Positions 35,820 through 45,068 of a stretch of DNA of 64,000 nucleotides are shown here, piece by piece. Made by a program: the position numbers and the translations under genes. The stretch comes from Clostridia bacterium (lineage in GTDB: Bacteria; Bacillota; Clostridia; Oscillospirales; CAG-272): assembly GCA_024404445.1 (NCBI GenBank), contig JAKSPY010000001.1, positions 2,758 through 66,757 on the forward strand. Reading direction: 5' to 3'. Under the pieces are notes generated by a model. It was not told the DNA's origin. It ran no database searches and worked only from the letters and a program-made list of their open reading frames with translations. Position 1 is the first letter of the stretch, and the number at the start of each line of letters is the position of its first letter.

Positions 35820-38800
35820 ATGGTCGAGTTCGTATGCGGTCGCACCGGTACCGGAAAAACGGGATATATTTTTTCCGCGGCAGAGCGTGCGGCGGTTGAC
35901 GGACGTCGGGTGATCGTTCTTGTGCCGGAACGCGAGGCAGTCGGCACCGAAAAAACCGCGGCGGAGCTACGCGGCGCCGCCAATATCGATGTCGTGACTT
36001 TTACGCGACTGTGCAATTATATTTTCCGCCGCGAGGGCGGCATAGCGGGACTGTATATCGGCAAAGGTGCCAAAAAGGTCATAATGCACGGTGTGCTGTC
36101 GCAGTATGCGTCGGAGCTTCACGCATTCGGAGGCATATCTGTCAGCGACACGGCGATAACCGAAACGCTTGTCAGTGCGGCGTCGGAGCTGAGGCGCAAT
36201 ATGATCACGCCGGCCGATCTGGATTCCGCGTCGAAAAAGCTCAACGGCAAGCTCGGTCAGAAGCTTTCCGATCTGGCGCTGATAGTCACCGCGTTCAATT
36301 CCGAGGTGGAAAAGCGATGGAGCGATCCCGACGGGATGCTCAATCACGCGGTGGAGCTGGCTGAAAGCGGAGGCTATTTTATCGGGTGCGACGTGTTCAT
36401 CGACTCATTTTCCGCGTTCACGTCACAACAGGCGAAAATGCTGTCGCTGATATTCACGGACGCCGACAACGTGACTGTGACGTTGCCGTACGATTGTGAC
36501 GCCGATACGGACGAGCCGGCGTTTCTGACGGTCACGGAAACCGACAAAAAGCTTGTGCGCCTTGTGTCCGACGCCGGCAGAACGGTCGACAAACGTACGA
36601 TCATGAAGGATCCGGTCAGATTCAGATCGCCGGCGCTTTCTTACCTCAGCGCAAATTTGTGGCACAGCTCTGACCGCGGAACATTCGGCACAACGGATGA
36701 CGTGAGGATCATCCGCGCCGCCAACGTCTATGCCGAGGCGGAGGCAGTCGCGGTCGATATAATGAAAAAGATACATTCCGGCGGTATGAGATATGCCGAT
36801 ATCGCGGTCGTCGTGCGTTCGACGGATGAGTACATGGGCATCATCGACGCGGTGATGGATAAATACGGCATACCGTATTTCGTTTCGTCGAGAGCCGACA
36901 TAACGGAAAGTCCGGTATGCAGACTCGTGATGACGGCACTTGCGATGTCGGACGGCGGATATTCGACCGACGATCTCATTTCGTTTATCAAAACCGATCT
37001 GTGCGGCATAGACGCCGATGATTGTAACAGATTTGAAAACTACATCACCAAATGGCACATACGTGCAAAATCGCTGGGCGATGAATTCGTACAGAATCCG
37101 CGCGGATATCAGGATAAATTCACAGATGACGATATCACCGCTCTTGCCGGGATAAATAAGGTCAGGGAGCGTATCTGCGATTTGCTCGGTATTCTGACGG
37201 GCGTACTGAAGAGCTGTTCGGACGTACGCGATTATTCCGCCGCGGTATTCGATTTTCTGAATAAGCTCGGCGTGCCGCAACGTCTTCGCGGTCTGGCGGA
37301 TGAGTACCGCGCGGCAGGCAATAAAGAGGACGCCGCCACCGTCGGGATACTGTGGCACACGTTCTGCGACGCGTTGGATCAGCTGGTAACGTCAGCCGGC
37401 GACAGAAAGGTCTGCGTGGCGGAGTACCGCGCACTGTTACGTATCGTTCTGTCGGAAACCGACATGGGCAGGATACCGACGTCGGCAGATGAGGTCACGA
37501 TAGCGGACCCCGTGCTGACGAACGTAGCCGGTGTGCGCTCGGTATACGTTATGGGATGCTATGACGGGGGATTCCCGCGGCGCGTTTCCGATGACGGGAT
37601 ATTCACCGAAAACGAAAAGAAAAGCCTGTCGGATAATGCGGGCATAGAGATATCGGCGCGCCTTTGGAAAAAGCTTTCGGATGAGATGTTCTTCTTCCTC
37701 GGAGCGGCGTGCTCCGCCCGTGAGTCGCTTACCGTGACGTATCCGCATTATAACCTCGACGGCAGTGAGCTGAAGCCGTCTGTCGCTGTGGAAAGGCTGA
37801 GAAAGCTTTTTGACGGCGTCGATATCGCCGACTACGAAAAAACGGACAAGAAAGATCTGCTGTACAGCATGAACGCCGCGTTTGAGCTTTCATTCGGAAA
37901 CGATATTTTATCAGACGCCATAAGGAATTTTTGCAGTTCGAACAGCGAATATGAATACAAATTCAAATATTTAGATAATTCTATAACTTCTAAAGAATGC
38001 CGACTTGACGGAGACAGCTGTGATGAGCTTCTCGCAGGCCCGTTGAGGCTGAGCTATTCGTCGCTTGAAAATTACGTCAAATGTAATTTCCTGTATTTCT
38101 GCGACAGATATTTGCGGATATCCGACGACGAGCCGGCGGAATTTTCGTCGTTGAACGCGGGGTCGTTTTTGCACAGGGTCCTTGAACTCGGCGTCAGGAT
38201 AGTCGCGGATAACGTCGATGTTGACGACGACGTGCTGAAGGCGGAAATATCCGATATCGCGTCGCGGTATATCGGGCAGATATACTGCGGAGTCCCGACG
38301 AAAAGGCTCGCGCATATTTCGGAGCTGATACAGAAATTCGCCTTTGAATACATAGACGGATTCAGGGCCGAATGTCGCGTATCGCAATTCAGACCGCAGG
38401 ATTTTGAGCTTAAGATAGATAAGTACGGTGACGCGGTCACCCCCATGGCCTTATCGCGCGGTTCCGTTTCGATCGATCTTACGGGCGTGATCGACAGGGT
38501 TGACGTTTACCGCGACGACGACGGCAAGGCGTACGTGCGTGTGATCGATTATAAGACCTCCGAAAGAAAATTCGCTATCGACGACATCAATAAGGGCATA
38601 AATCTGCAGATGCTGCTTTATCTTTTCTCCATCTGCGAGAACGGCGCGTCGCGCTACGGCGGTGAGATCGTTCCGGCAGGTGCTGAATACGTTTCCGTGA
38701 ATATTCAGCCGGAGAACGGCACCGAGAAATCTACCGAAAAATCCGGCATTTTTCTGGCTGATCGCCGGATACTCGACGCGATGGATTCCACCCCGAAAAA

Positions 38801-39044
38801 GGAGCATTTGCCGCTCAAGAACAGCGAAATCGACAATTATGACGAAAATGCCCCGATAAACCATCTCGCATCGAAAAAGGCGTTTGACGATCTGAAAGAA
38901 AACGTAAAGAACACGGTGTTCACGAATGCCGAAAGGCTGAAAAGCGGCGTCGCAAATGCCGATCCGATCAAGGGCGCACATTCCCCATGCAAATATTGCC
39001 GTTTCAGCCCGATCTGCCGTGTAAAAAAACCGAAAGGACGTTAA
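35820..39044 (+). CDS. addB: helicase-nuclease subunit AddB (RexB)
   Basis: 1074 aa. The N-terminal degenerate P-loop is GRTGTGKTGY. The C-terminal RecB-family nuclease (VIDYKT) carries Fe-S staple cysteines (CNFLYFC...SPCKYCRFSPIC). Confidence 0.8.
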   Translation: MVEFVCGRTGTGKTGYIFSAAERAAVDGRRVIVLVPEREAVGTEKTAAELRGAANIDVVTFTRLCNYIFRREGGIAGLYIGKGAKKVIMHGVLSQYASELHAFGGISVSDTAITETLVSAASELRRNMITPADLDSASKKLNGKLGQKLSDLALIVTAFNSEVEKRWSDPDGMLNHAVELAESGGYFIGCDVFIDSFSAFTSQQAKMLSLIFTDADNVTVTLPYDCDADTDEPAFLTVTETDKKLVRLVSDAGRTVDKRTIMKDPVRFRSPALSYLSANLWHSSDRGTFGTTDDVRIIRAANVYAEAEAVAVDIMKKIHSGGMRYADIAVVVRSTDEYMGIIDAVMDKYGIPYFVSSRADITESPVCRLVMTALAMSDGGYSTDDLISFIKTDLCGIDADDCNRFENYITKWHIRAKSLGDEFVQNPRGYQDKFTDDDITALAGINKVRERICDLLGILTGVLKSCSDVRDYSAAVFDFLNKLGVPQRLRGLADEYRAAGNKEDAATVGILWHTFCDALDQLVTSAGDRKVCVAEYRALLRIVLSETDMGRIPTSADEVTIADPVLTNVAGVRSVYVMGCYDGGFPRRVSDDGIFTENEKKSLSDNAGIEISARLWKKLSDEMFFFLGAACSARESLTVTYPHYNLDGSELKPSVAVERLRKLFDGVDIADYEKTDKKDLLYSMNAAFELSFGNDILSDAIRNFCSSNSEYEYKFKYLDNSITSKECRLDGDSCDELLAGPLRLSYSSLENYVKCNFLYFCDRYLRISDDEPAEFSSLNAGSFLHRVLELGVRIVADNVDVDDDVLKAEISDIASRYIGQIYCGVPTKRLAHISELIQKFAFEYIDGFRAECRVSQFRPQDFELKIDKYGDAVTPMALSRGSVSIDLTGVIDRVDVYRDDDGKAYVRVIDYKTSERKFAIDDINKGINLQMLLYLFSICENGASRYGGEIVPAGAEYVSVNIQPENGTEKSTEKSGIFLADRRILDAMDSTPKKEHLPLKNSEIDNYDENAPINHLASKKAFDDLKENVKNTVFTNAERLKSGVANADPIKGAHSPCKYCRFSPICRVKKPKGR

Positions 39045-39045
39045 T

Positions 39046-40896
39046 ATGAGAATACCCGAAAAAATATTGAAAAAGGTCGAAAAGCCCGGCCGTTACGTCG
39101 GCGGCGAATGGGGGCAGGTGATCAAGGACAAGAAGGACGTAAACGTCCGTTTTGCCTTTTGCTTTCCGGATACTTACGAGATAGGTATGTCAAATCTCGG
39201 CGTCAGGATCCTGTACGATATCATGAACAAGATACCGGATGTCTGGTGCGAGCGTGCGTATGCGCCGTGGACCGATATGGAGGACTATATGCGCGCGAAC
39301 GATATACCGCTGTGGGCGATCGAAAGCTCAGATGAACTGCGTGAATTCGATATCGTGGGCTTCACCCTCCAATATGAGCTGTGTTATACATCTGTATTAA
39401 ATATGCTCAATCTGGCAAAAATCCCGCTGCTGTCCGCAGATCGCGGTGCTGACAGTCCGATCGTCGTGTGCGGCGGACCGTGCGCGTACAATGCCGAGCC
39501 GATGGCGGATTTTGTCGATATTTTCATCATCGGCGAGGGCGAATATGCCATGACCGACCTTATCGACGAATACAGAAAGTATAAATCCGGCATGAGCAAA
39601 GAGGACTTTCTGCACGAGGCCGCAAAGATAGAGGGCTTTTATGTTCCGTCCATGTACACGGTCGAATATAACCCCGACGGCACGATAAAGAGGTACGTGC
39701 CGAAATACGACGACGTGCCGATGAAGATAAAGAAGCGCATCGTTGCCGATATGGATAAATCCCCGTTCCCGGAAAATCTCGTGATGCCGTACATCGAAAC
39801 CGTGCAGGACAGGATAGTTCTGGAGGTGTATCGCGGCTGTATCCGCGGATGCCGCTTCTGTCAGGCGGGTATGACGTACCGCCCGGTACGCGAAAAGACT
39901 GTCGAAACGCTGAACGAACAGGCCAAAAAGCTCGCAGAGAATACGGGATACGACGAAATAACGCTTTCGTCGCTGTCTATCAGCGATTATTCATGCATCG
40001 ATCATCTGACTGACGAAATGCTGAAATGGACAGATGACAGAAAGATATCGCTGTCATTGCCGTCGTTGCGTGTCAACAGCTTTACAAAGGAGCTGATGGA
40101 CAAGATATCGACAGTCAGAACGGGCGGTATCACGTTCGCGCCGGAGGCCGGCACACAGCGTCTGCGCGACGTAATAAATAAGAATATCACGAAAGAGGAG
40201 CTTCTGCGCGCCTGCCATGTCGCTTTTGCGGGCGGTAAAACGCAGGTGAAGCTGTATTTCATGCAGGGACTGCCGACCGAAACGGATGAGGATCTTGACG
40301 GCATACTTGAGCTGTCACGCGACGTGATAGAGGAATTCTATCATACGCCGGAGCGTATGAAACGAACGCCGCAGGTAACGCTGTCTACGGCGTGCTTCAT
40401 ACCAAAGCCGTTCACGCCGTTTCAGTGGGAGGCGCAGTGCGATTACGATGAGCTCATCCGCCGTCAGAGGTACGTTGTTTCGCAGAACAACGACCGTCGC
40501 ATAAAGTACAATTATCACAATGCCGCCGTCAGCAGGATAGAGGCGGTGTTTGCGCGCGGCGACAGAAAACTGTGCGCGGTGCTTTCCGAGGCGGCAAGGC
40601 GCGGTATGCGTCTTGACAGCTGGGAGGAATTCTTTGATTATGAGCAGTGGCTTGACGTATTTGCCGCCGTCGGTATCGATCCGGCCTTCTACGCAAACCG
40701 TGAGTTCGGTGAGGACGAGTGGTTGCCGTGGGATGTCATAGACGTCGGCGTCAGCAAGGAATTTTTACTGCGTGAACGCCACAATGCCCATGCGGGCAAA
40801 ACAACGGTAAGCTGTGCCGAGAAATGCTCGGGTTGCGGCGCAAATAAACTCGGAGGTGAGTGCACATGGTGTCCGAAGACGAAAGATTCGAACTGA
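39046..40896 (+). CDS. B12-binding-domain radical SAM protein (TIGR03960-like)
   Basis: CxxxCxxC motif in YRGCIRGCRFCQAG. Length and flanking pattern match the family usually paired or fused with DUF2344. Confidence 0.7.
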   Translation: MRIPEKILKKVEKPGRYVGGEWGQVIKDKKDVNVRFAFCFPDTYEIGMSNLGVRILYDIMNKIPDVWCERAYAPWTDMEDYMRANDIPLWAIESSDELREFDIVGFTLQYELCYTSVLNMLNLAKIPLLSADRGADSPIVVCGGPCAYNAEPMADFVDIFIIGEGEYAMTDLIDEYRKYKSGMSKEDFLHEAAKIEGFYVPSMYTVEYNPDGTIKRYVPKYDDVPMKIKKRIVADMDKSPFPENLVMPYIETVQDRIVLEVYRGCIRGCRFCQAGMTYRPVREKTVETLNEQAKKLAENTGYDEITLSSLSISDYSCIDHLTDEMLKWTDDRKISLSLPSLRVNSFTKELMDKISTVRTGGITFAPEAGTQRLRDVINKNITKEELLRACHVAFAGGKTQVKLYFMQGLPTETDEDLDGILELSRDVIEEFYHTPERMKRTPQVTLSTACFIPKPFTPFQWEAQCDYDELIRRQRYVVSQNNDRRIKYNYHNAAVSRIEAVFARGDRKLCAVLSEAARRGMRLDSWEEFFDYEQWLDVFAAVGIDPAFYANREFGEDEWLPWDVIDVGVSKEFLLRERHNAHAGKTTVSCAEKCSGCGANKLGGECTWCPKTKDSN

Positions 40897-41546
40897 GAGT
40901 GAAATTCACAAAAAAAGGCGGGCTGAAGTATATTTCGCACCTTGATCTGGCGCGCACCGTGCGCTCGGCGTTTTTGCGCGCGCGTCTGCCCGTGTGGTAC
41001 ACTTTGGGCTTCAATCCCCATCCGAAATTCAATTTCTCACTGCCGCTTTCGGTCGGCACGTCGAGTGAATGTGAATTCATGGATATAATGCTGACGGAAA
41101 AGCTTGACGGCAGTAAAGTGACCGAAATGCTGAATGCCGCGTTTCCTCCCGATCTGCGCGTCACCGACGCGTATTATCCGACGACGAAATTCAGTCAGAT
41201 AGGCTGGGCGGAATATGAGCTGGATATCACATCGCCTTACGCGTCGGACGAGCTCGCAGGGCGGATACTTGACGCGCTCGACGGCGATATCAACATCGTG
41301 AAAAAGAGCAAATCCGGCATGAAGCCGATGAATATCGCGCCGTACGTGCGCAATGCGTCATGCACTTTCGCTGACGGAAAACTGATATTCAGGGTATTGC
41401 TTTCGTGCGGCGAAAACACGTTCGTCAATCCGAAGTACCTTATCGACCACCTTGAGGAGGCACTGCCGACGGAATTTGCCGATGCCGATTATACGACCTG
41501 CCGCACACAGGTGTACTATGACGACGGCGTGACGGTCTTTACGTGA
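40866..41546 (+). CDS. radical-SAM-associated DUF2344 protein (TIGR03936-like)
   Basis: RVKFTKKGGLKYISHLDLARTVRSAFLRARLPVWYTLGFNPHPK is typical DUF2344. Start at ATG 40866, overlapping the upstream gene by 31 nt. Confidence 0.7.
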   Translation: MVSEDERFELRVKFTKKGGLKYISHLDLARTVRSAFLRARLPVWYTLGFNPHPKFNFSLPLSVGTSSECEFMDIMLTEKLDGSKVTEMLNAAFPPDLRVTDAYYPTTKFSQIGWAEYELDITSPYASDELAGRILDALDGDINIVKKSKSGMKPMNIAPYVRNASCTFADGKLIFRVLLSCGENTFVNPKYLIDHLEEALPTEFADADYTTCRTQVYYDDGVTVFT

Positions 41547-41547
41547 C

Positions 41548-42300
41548 ATGGAGCAGTATTCGGTATTGTCGCGCTATTACGATGCGCTGACAGATGATAT
41601 AGATTACGTCGGTATCGTTTCTTTTTACCGTTCGGTATTTGATGAATGTCCGGCAGACGTGCGGCGCGTGGCCGATATCGGTTGCGGTACGGGTAGCGTT
41701 TCATTGCCGCTTGCCGCCGCGGGCTATGATGTCACGGGCTATGATATCAGCCCGGATATGCTGTCTGCCGCGTTTGCCAGGGCACAGGCATCCGGCATCC
41801 GGCTTCGCCTTGCCGAGCACGATATCTCGGAGCCGTTTGGCAAAGTCGTTTACGATGCGGTGGTGTGCAGTCTTGACGGCGTGAATTATCTGACCAAAAA
41901 CGGACAGATGCGATCGTGCTTTGACGCGGTGTCGCGGTCACTGCGCGACGGAGGCATCTTCATTTTTGACGTCAGCACGCCGTATAAATTCAAAAACATC
42001 CTTGCCGACGGTACGTTCACGTATGAGCTTGACGGTATGTATCTGATATGGCAGAACGAATACAATGAATCGACGCATAAATGCGAGCTGATGCTGACGT
42101 TTTTTGAAAAGTGCGGTGAGCTGTGGCGCAGAAGCGAGGAATGGCAGACACAGCGCAGCTATTCCGACAGGGAAATACGTTCCGCGCTGAAGGCGGCGGG
42201 GCTGGATGTGGCGGCGGTATACGCCGATGAAAAGCGTTCACCGGTCACCCCCGAAAGCGACAGATGGTACTATGTGTGCAGAAAGGTGAAAAATGGCTGA
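41548..42300 (+). CDS. class I SAM-dependent methyltransferase
   Basis: Motif I VADIGCGTGSVSLPLA and motif II YDAVVCSLDGVNY. The substrate is unknown. Confidence 0.7.
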   Translation: MEQYSVLSRYYDALTDDIDYVGIVSFYRSVFDECPADVRRVADIGCGTGSVSLPLAAAGYDVTGYDISPDMLSAAFARAQASGIRLRLAEHDISEPFGKVVYDAVVCSLDGVNYLTKNGQMRSCFDAVSRSLRDGGIFIFDVSTPYKFKNILADGTFTYELDGMYLIWQNEYNESTHKCELMLTFFEKCGELWRRSEEWQTQRSYSDREIRSALKAAGLDVAAVYADEKRSPVTPESDRWYYVCRKVKNG

Positions 42301-43168
42301 ATACAATGTATTGCGCGCTATGACGCGCGACGGATCGGCGAGGGTCATCGCCATAGATTCGACGGACATCGTTCGTACGATGATCCGGTATCATCATACG
42401 GCGCCGACGTCAACGGCGGCGCTGGGCAGACTTCTCACGGCGACGTCGCTGATGGGATCGATGTTGAAGGAAAAAAGCGATACGCTGACCACGCGCATAG
42501 TCGGCGACGGCGCGGCCGGTGCACTGATCGCGGTATCAGACTATGTCGGGAATGTCCGCGGATATATGCAAAATCCGTCTGCCGATCTGCCGGTGCGTTC
42601 TGACGGTAAGCTTGACGTGCGCGGGATCATCGGCGTGGGCAGTCTTTCTGTAACGCGCGAATATGACGGCAAGGCGCCGCAGTCCGGAACGGTTGAGCTG
42701 AAAAGCGGAGAGGTCGCCGAGGATATATGCACTTACTATGCCGAAAGCGAGCAGATACCGACGATATGTTCGCTCGGCGTGCTTGTGGATAAGGACGGCA
42801 GTTGCCGTGCGGCGGGAGGTATACTGATACAGCTTTTGCCGTTTGCCGACGATGAAACGGTGACGAAGCTTGAAAACAACACTCCGCTTATGACAAACGT
42901 ATCAACGCTGATCGACTCCGGTATGACGCCGCACGACATCATCGCGCGTGCGCTGACCAATATAGAATATGATGAATTCGACGATTTTACCGCGTCGTAT
43001 AAATGCACGTGTAAGAGAGAGAATTTTCTCGGCGCGATCGCAAGCTTTTCGGAAAATGAAATTATTGACTTATTTCAATCTGACGATACGATCGAGGCCT
43101 GCTGTCGATTCTGCGATAAAAAGTATCACTTCACCCGCGCACAGATCGCCGCGGCAAAAAAGAAGTAA
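42293..43168 (+). CDS. hslO: redox-regulated chaperone Hsp33
   Basis: N-terminal Hsp33 fold pattern plus the C-terminal zinc switch CTCKRENF...CRFCDKKY. Confidence 0.85.
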   Translation: MAEYNVLRAMTRDGSARVIAIDSTDIVRTMIRYHHTAPTSTAALGRLLTATSLMGSMLKEKSDTLTTRIVGDGAAGALIAVSDYVGNVRGYMQNPSADLPVRSDGKLDVRGIIGVGSLSVTREYDGKAPQSGTVELKSGEVAEDICTYYAESEQIPTICSLGVLVDKDGSCRAAGGILIQLLPFADDETVTKLENNTPLMTNVSTLIDSGMTPHDIIARALTNIEYDEFDDFTASYKCTCKRENFLGAIASFSENEIIDLFQSDDTIEACCRFCDKKYHFTRAQIAAAKKK

Positions 43169-43229
43169 TTCATGGCAAAATGTCCGCCCCCTGCATAGTA
43201 TGCCATAGGCTACAATGCAGGGGGTTTTT

Positions 43230-43640
43230 ATGTCTGATGTGAATTCCAATTCCGGATTATTGAAGGTGAGCGCGACATCGGCATCGCTTGCCGTACCGAT
43301 ATCGGGCGCCGTCGTCGCGATACGGCTGATGACCGATGGAAGATATGTGATGTACCGCGTGACGCAAACCGATTCATCGGGTGAAACGGAGCTTATCGAA
43401 ATTCCGACTCCGCCGCCGGAGCTGTCGCTGACTCCGTCCCCGTCGGCAAGTCCGTTTGCAAAATGCGCGGTCGAGGTCGTCGCCGACGGATATTATACGG
43501 CCGCAAATATCAATATACCGATCTTTCCGGGCATCACCTCGGTGCAGAATGTCGCGCTCGTGCCGGTCAATATCGGCACTGAGCTGATCAACAAGAGCGG
43601 CAGGACGTATGTGACCGATTCATCACGTCCGCTTAAATAG
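43230..43640 (+). CDS. stand-alone protein resembling the N-terminal pre/pro region of SleC
   Basis: 136 aa from ATG 43230, which follows GGGGG. GLLKVSATSASLAVPISGAVVAIRLM...VVADGYYTAANINIPIFPGITSVQNVALVP resembles the N-terminal segment of clostridial SleC as I recall it. It ends with TAG 8 nt before the next ATG. Confidence 0.45.
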   Translation: MSDVNSNSGLLKVSATSASLAVPISGAVVAIRLMTDGRYVMYRVTQTDSSGETELIEIPTPPPELSLTPSPSASPFAKCAVEVVADGYYTAANINIPIFPGITSVQNVALVPVNIGTELINKSGRTYVTDSSRPLK

Positions 43641-43648
43641 GAGGCAAA

Positions 43649-45010
43649 ATGGCTGTATTACCCGTAATACCAAACAATATCATCGTGCATCTCGGCCCTC
43701 CTGACGCTAACGTCGCAAACGTATCCGTTTCTTTTCCCGATTATATAAAAAACGTGGCTTCGAGCGAGATCTATCCCACGTGGCCGGATGCCGCGATCCG
43801 TGCGAATGTGCTGGCGCAGATATCGTTTGCGCTGAATCGAGTATATACCGAATATTACCGTTCGCGCGGCTACGATTTCGATATCACAAATTCCACGGTG
43901 TACGATCAGGCTTTTATCTACGGGCGCGACATTTTTGAAAACGTCGGGATCATCGTAGATCAGATTTTCAATGATTATATAGTCAGACGCGGCTCTGTTG
44001 AGCCTCTGTTGGCGCGGTATTGCAACGGAACGACCACACAGTGCGACGGGCTGTCGCAGTGGGGCAGTGTGGAGCTGGCAAATCAGGGTCTGTACGCATA
44101 CGACATTCTCACGCGCTATTACGGCGACGATATCGACCTCGTGTTCAATGCTCCCGTCGCCGACATCACTCCGTCCGATCCCAAACGCCCGCTTAAGATA
44201 GGCTCTGCCGGCAATGATGTTTCGTTCGTACAGCTCCGACTCAACCGCATAGGGCAGAATTATCCGTCGATACCGAAAATTTCGCCCGTTGACGGCATTT
44301 TCGGCACGGAAACAGATCGCGCCGTGCGCGAATTCCAGCGGATATTCAATCTGACCGTGGACGGGATAGTCGGCAGGGCGACGTGGTACAGGATACAATA
44401 TATCTATAACGCCGTAAAGCGTCTGAATGAATTGAACAGTGAGGGGCTGACGATCGACGAGGTATCGGGACAGTTCGCCGAAAAGCTCGAATTCGGCGAC
44501 AGGGGAAACGCCGTCAGGGTGATACAGTATTACCTGCGTGTCATTGCAGAGTTTTCCGATGCTGTGCTTAGCCCGCCGTTTGACGGGTATTACGGCTATG
44601 AAACGATGCAGTCCGTGCTGTCGTTCCAAAGGGAATACTCTCTGCCGGAGACGGGCGTTATCGACCGCGATACATGGTATGCCATAAACGACGTGTACCG
44701 CGCCGACATCGGGTCGGTCTCCGATGAAATGCTGGATGACGGCGCCGTGCCTTTCCCCGGGATATTTCTGAAATACGGCGCCCGGGGAAGTGACGTGGAA
44801 ATACTGCAAAGATATCTGAATGCCGCGTCCGCTGTGTATCCGAATATACCGCCGATAGAGGTGAACGGCGTCTTTGATGAGGATACGCGTGACGCCGTAT
44901 ATTCCGCGCAGTCATTTTTCGGATATCAGGTGAACGGCATCGTCGGCCCCCTGCTGTGGGACAGATTGTCGGGAATATACGTGGACGTAAATCAACACGG
45001 AAATATGTAA
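43649..45010 (+). CDS. sleC: SleC-like spore cortex-lytic enzyme (catalytic region + three peptidoglycan-binding domains)
   Basis: DYIKNVASSEIYPTWPDAAIRANVLAQISFALNRVYTEYYRSRGYDFDITNSTVYD closely parallels the SleC core. Three PG_binding_1 repeats follow (DGIFGTETDRAVREFQ, DGYYGYETMQSVLSFQ and NGVFDEDTRDAVYSAQ). RBS AGGAGG. Confidence 0.75.
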   Translation: MAVLPVIPNNIIVHLGPPDANVANVSVSFPDYIKNVASSEIYPTWPDAAIRANVLAQISFALNRVYTEYYRSRGYDFDITNSTVYDQAFIYGRDIFENVGIIVDQIFNDYIVRRGSVEPLLARYCNGTTTQCDGLSQWGSVELANQGLYAYDILTRYYGDDIDLVFNAPVADITPSDPKRPLKIGSAGNDVSFVQLRLNRIGQNYPSIPKISPVDGIFGTETDRAVREFQRIFNLTVDGIVGRATWYRIQYIYNAVKRLNELNSEGLTIDEVSGQFAEKLEFGDRGNAVRVIQYYLRVIAEFSDAVLSPPFDGYYGYETMQSVLSFQREYSLPETGVIDRDTWYAINDVYRADIGSVSDEMLDDGAVPFPGIFLKYGARGSDVEILQRYLNAASAVYPNIPPIEVNGVFDEDTRDAVYSAQSFFGYQVNGIVGPLLWDRLSGIYVDVNQHGNM

Positions 45011-45068
45011 TTATACAAAAGTATAGAACCGATAATTCTTGTGATATCGGATATTTTACGGAGGAACG

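Noticed and set aside
36423-37358. A 311-aa ORF antisense to addB.
   Set aside because: It is a shadow ORF inside addB. It is Arg/His-rich and shows no domain signature.
43658-44809. A 383-aa ORF antisense to the SleC-like gene.
   Set aside because: The plus-strand product has strong SleC and PG-binding motifs. The antisense translation has none, and its composition is biased (Arg, His, Ile).
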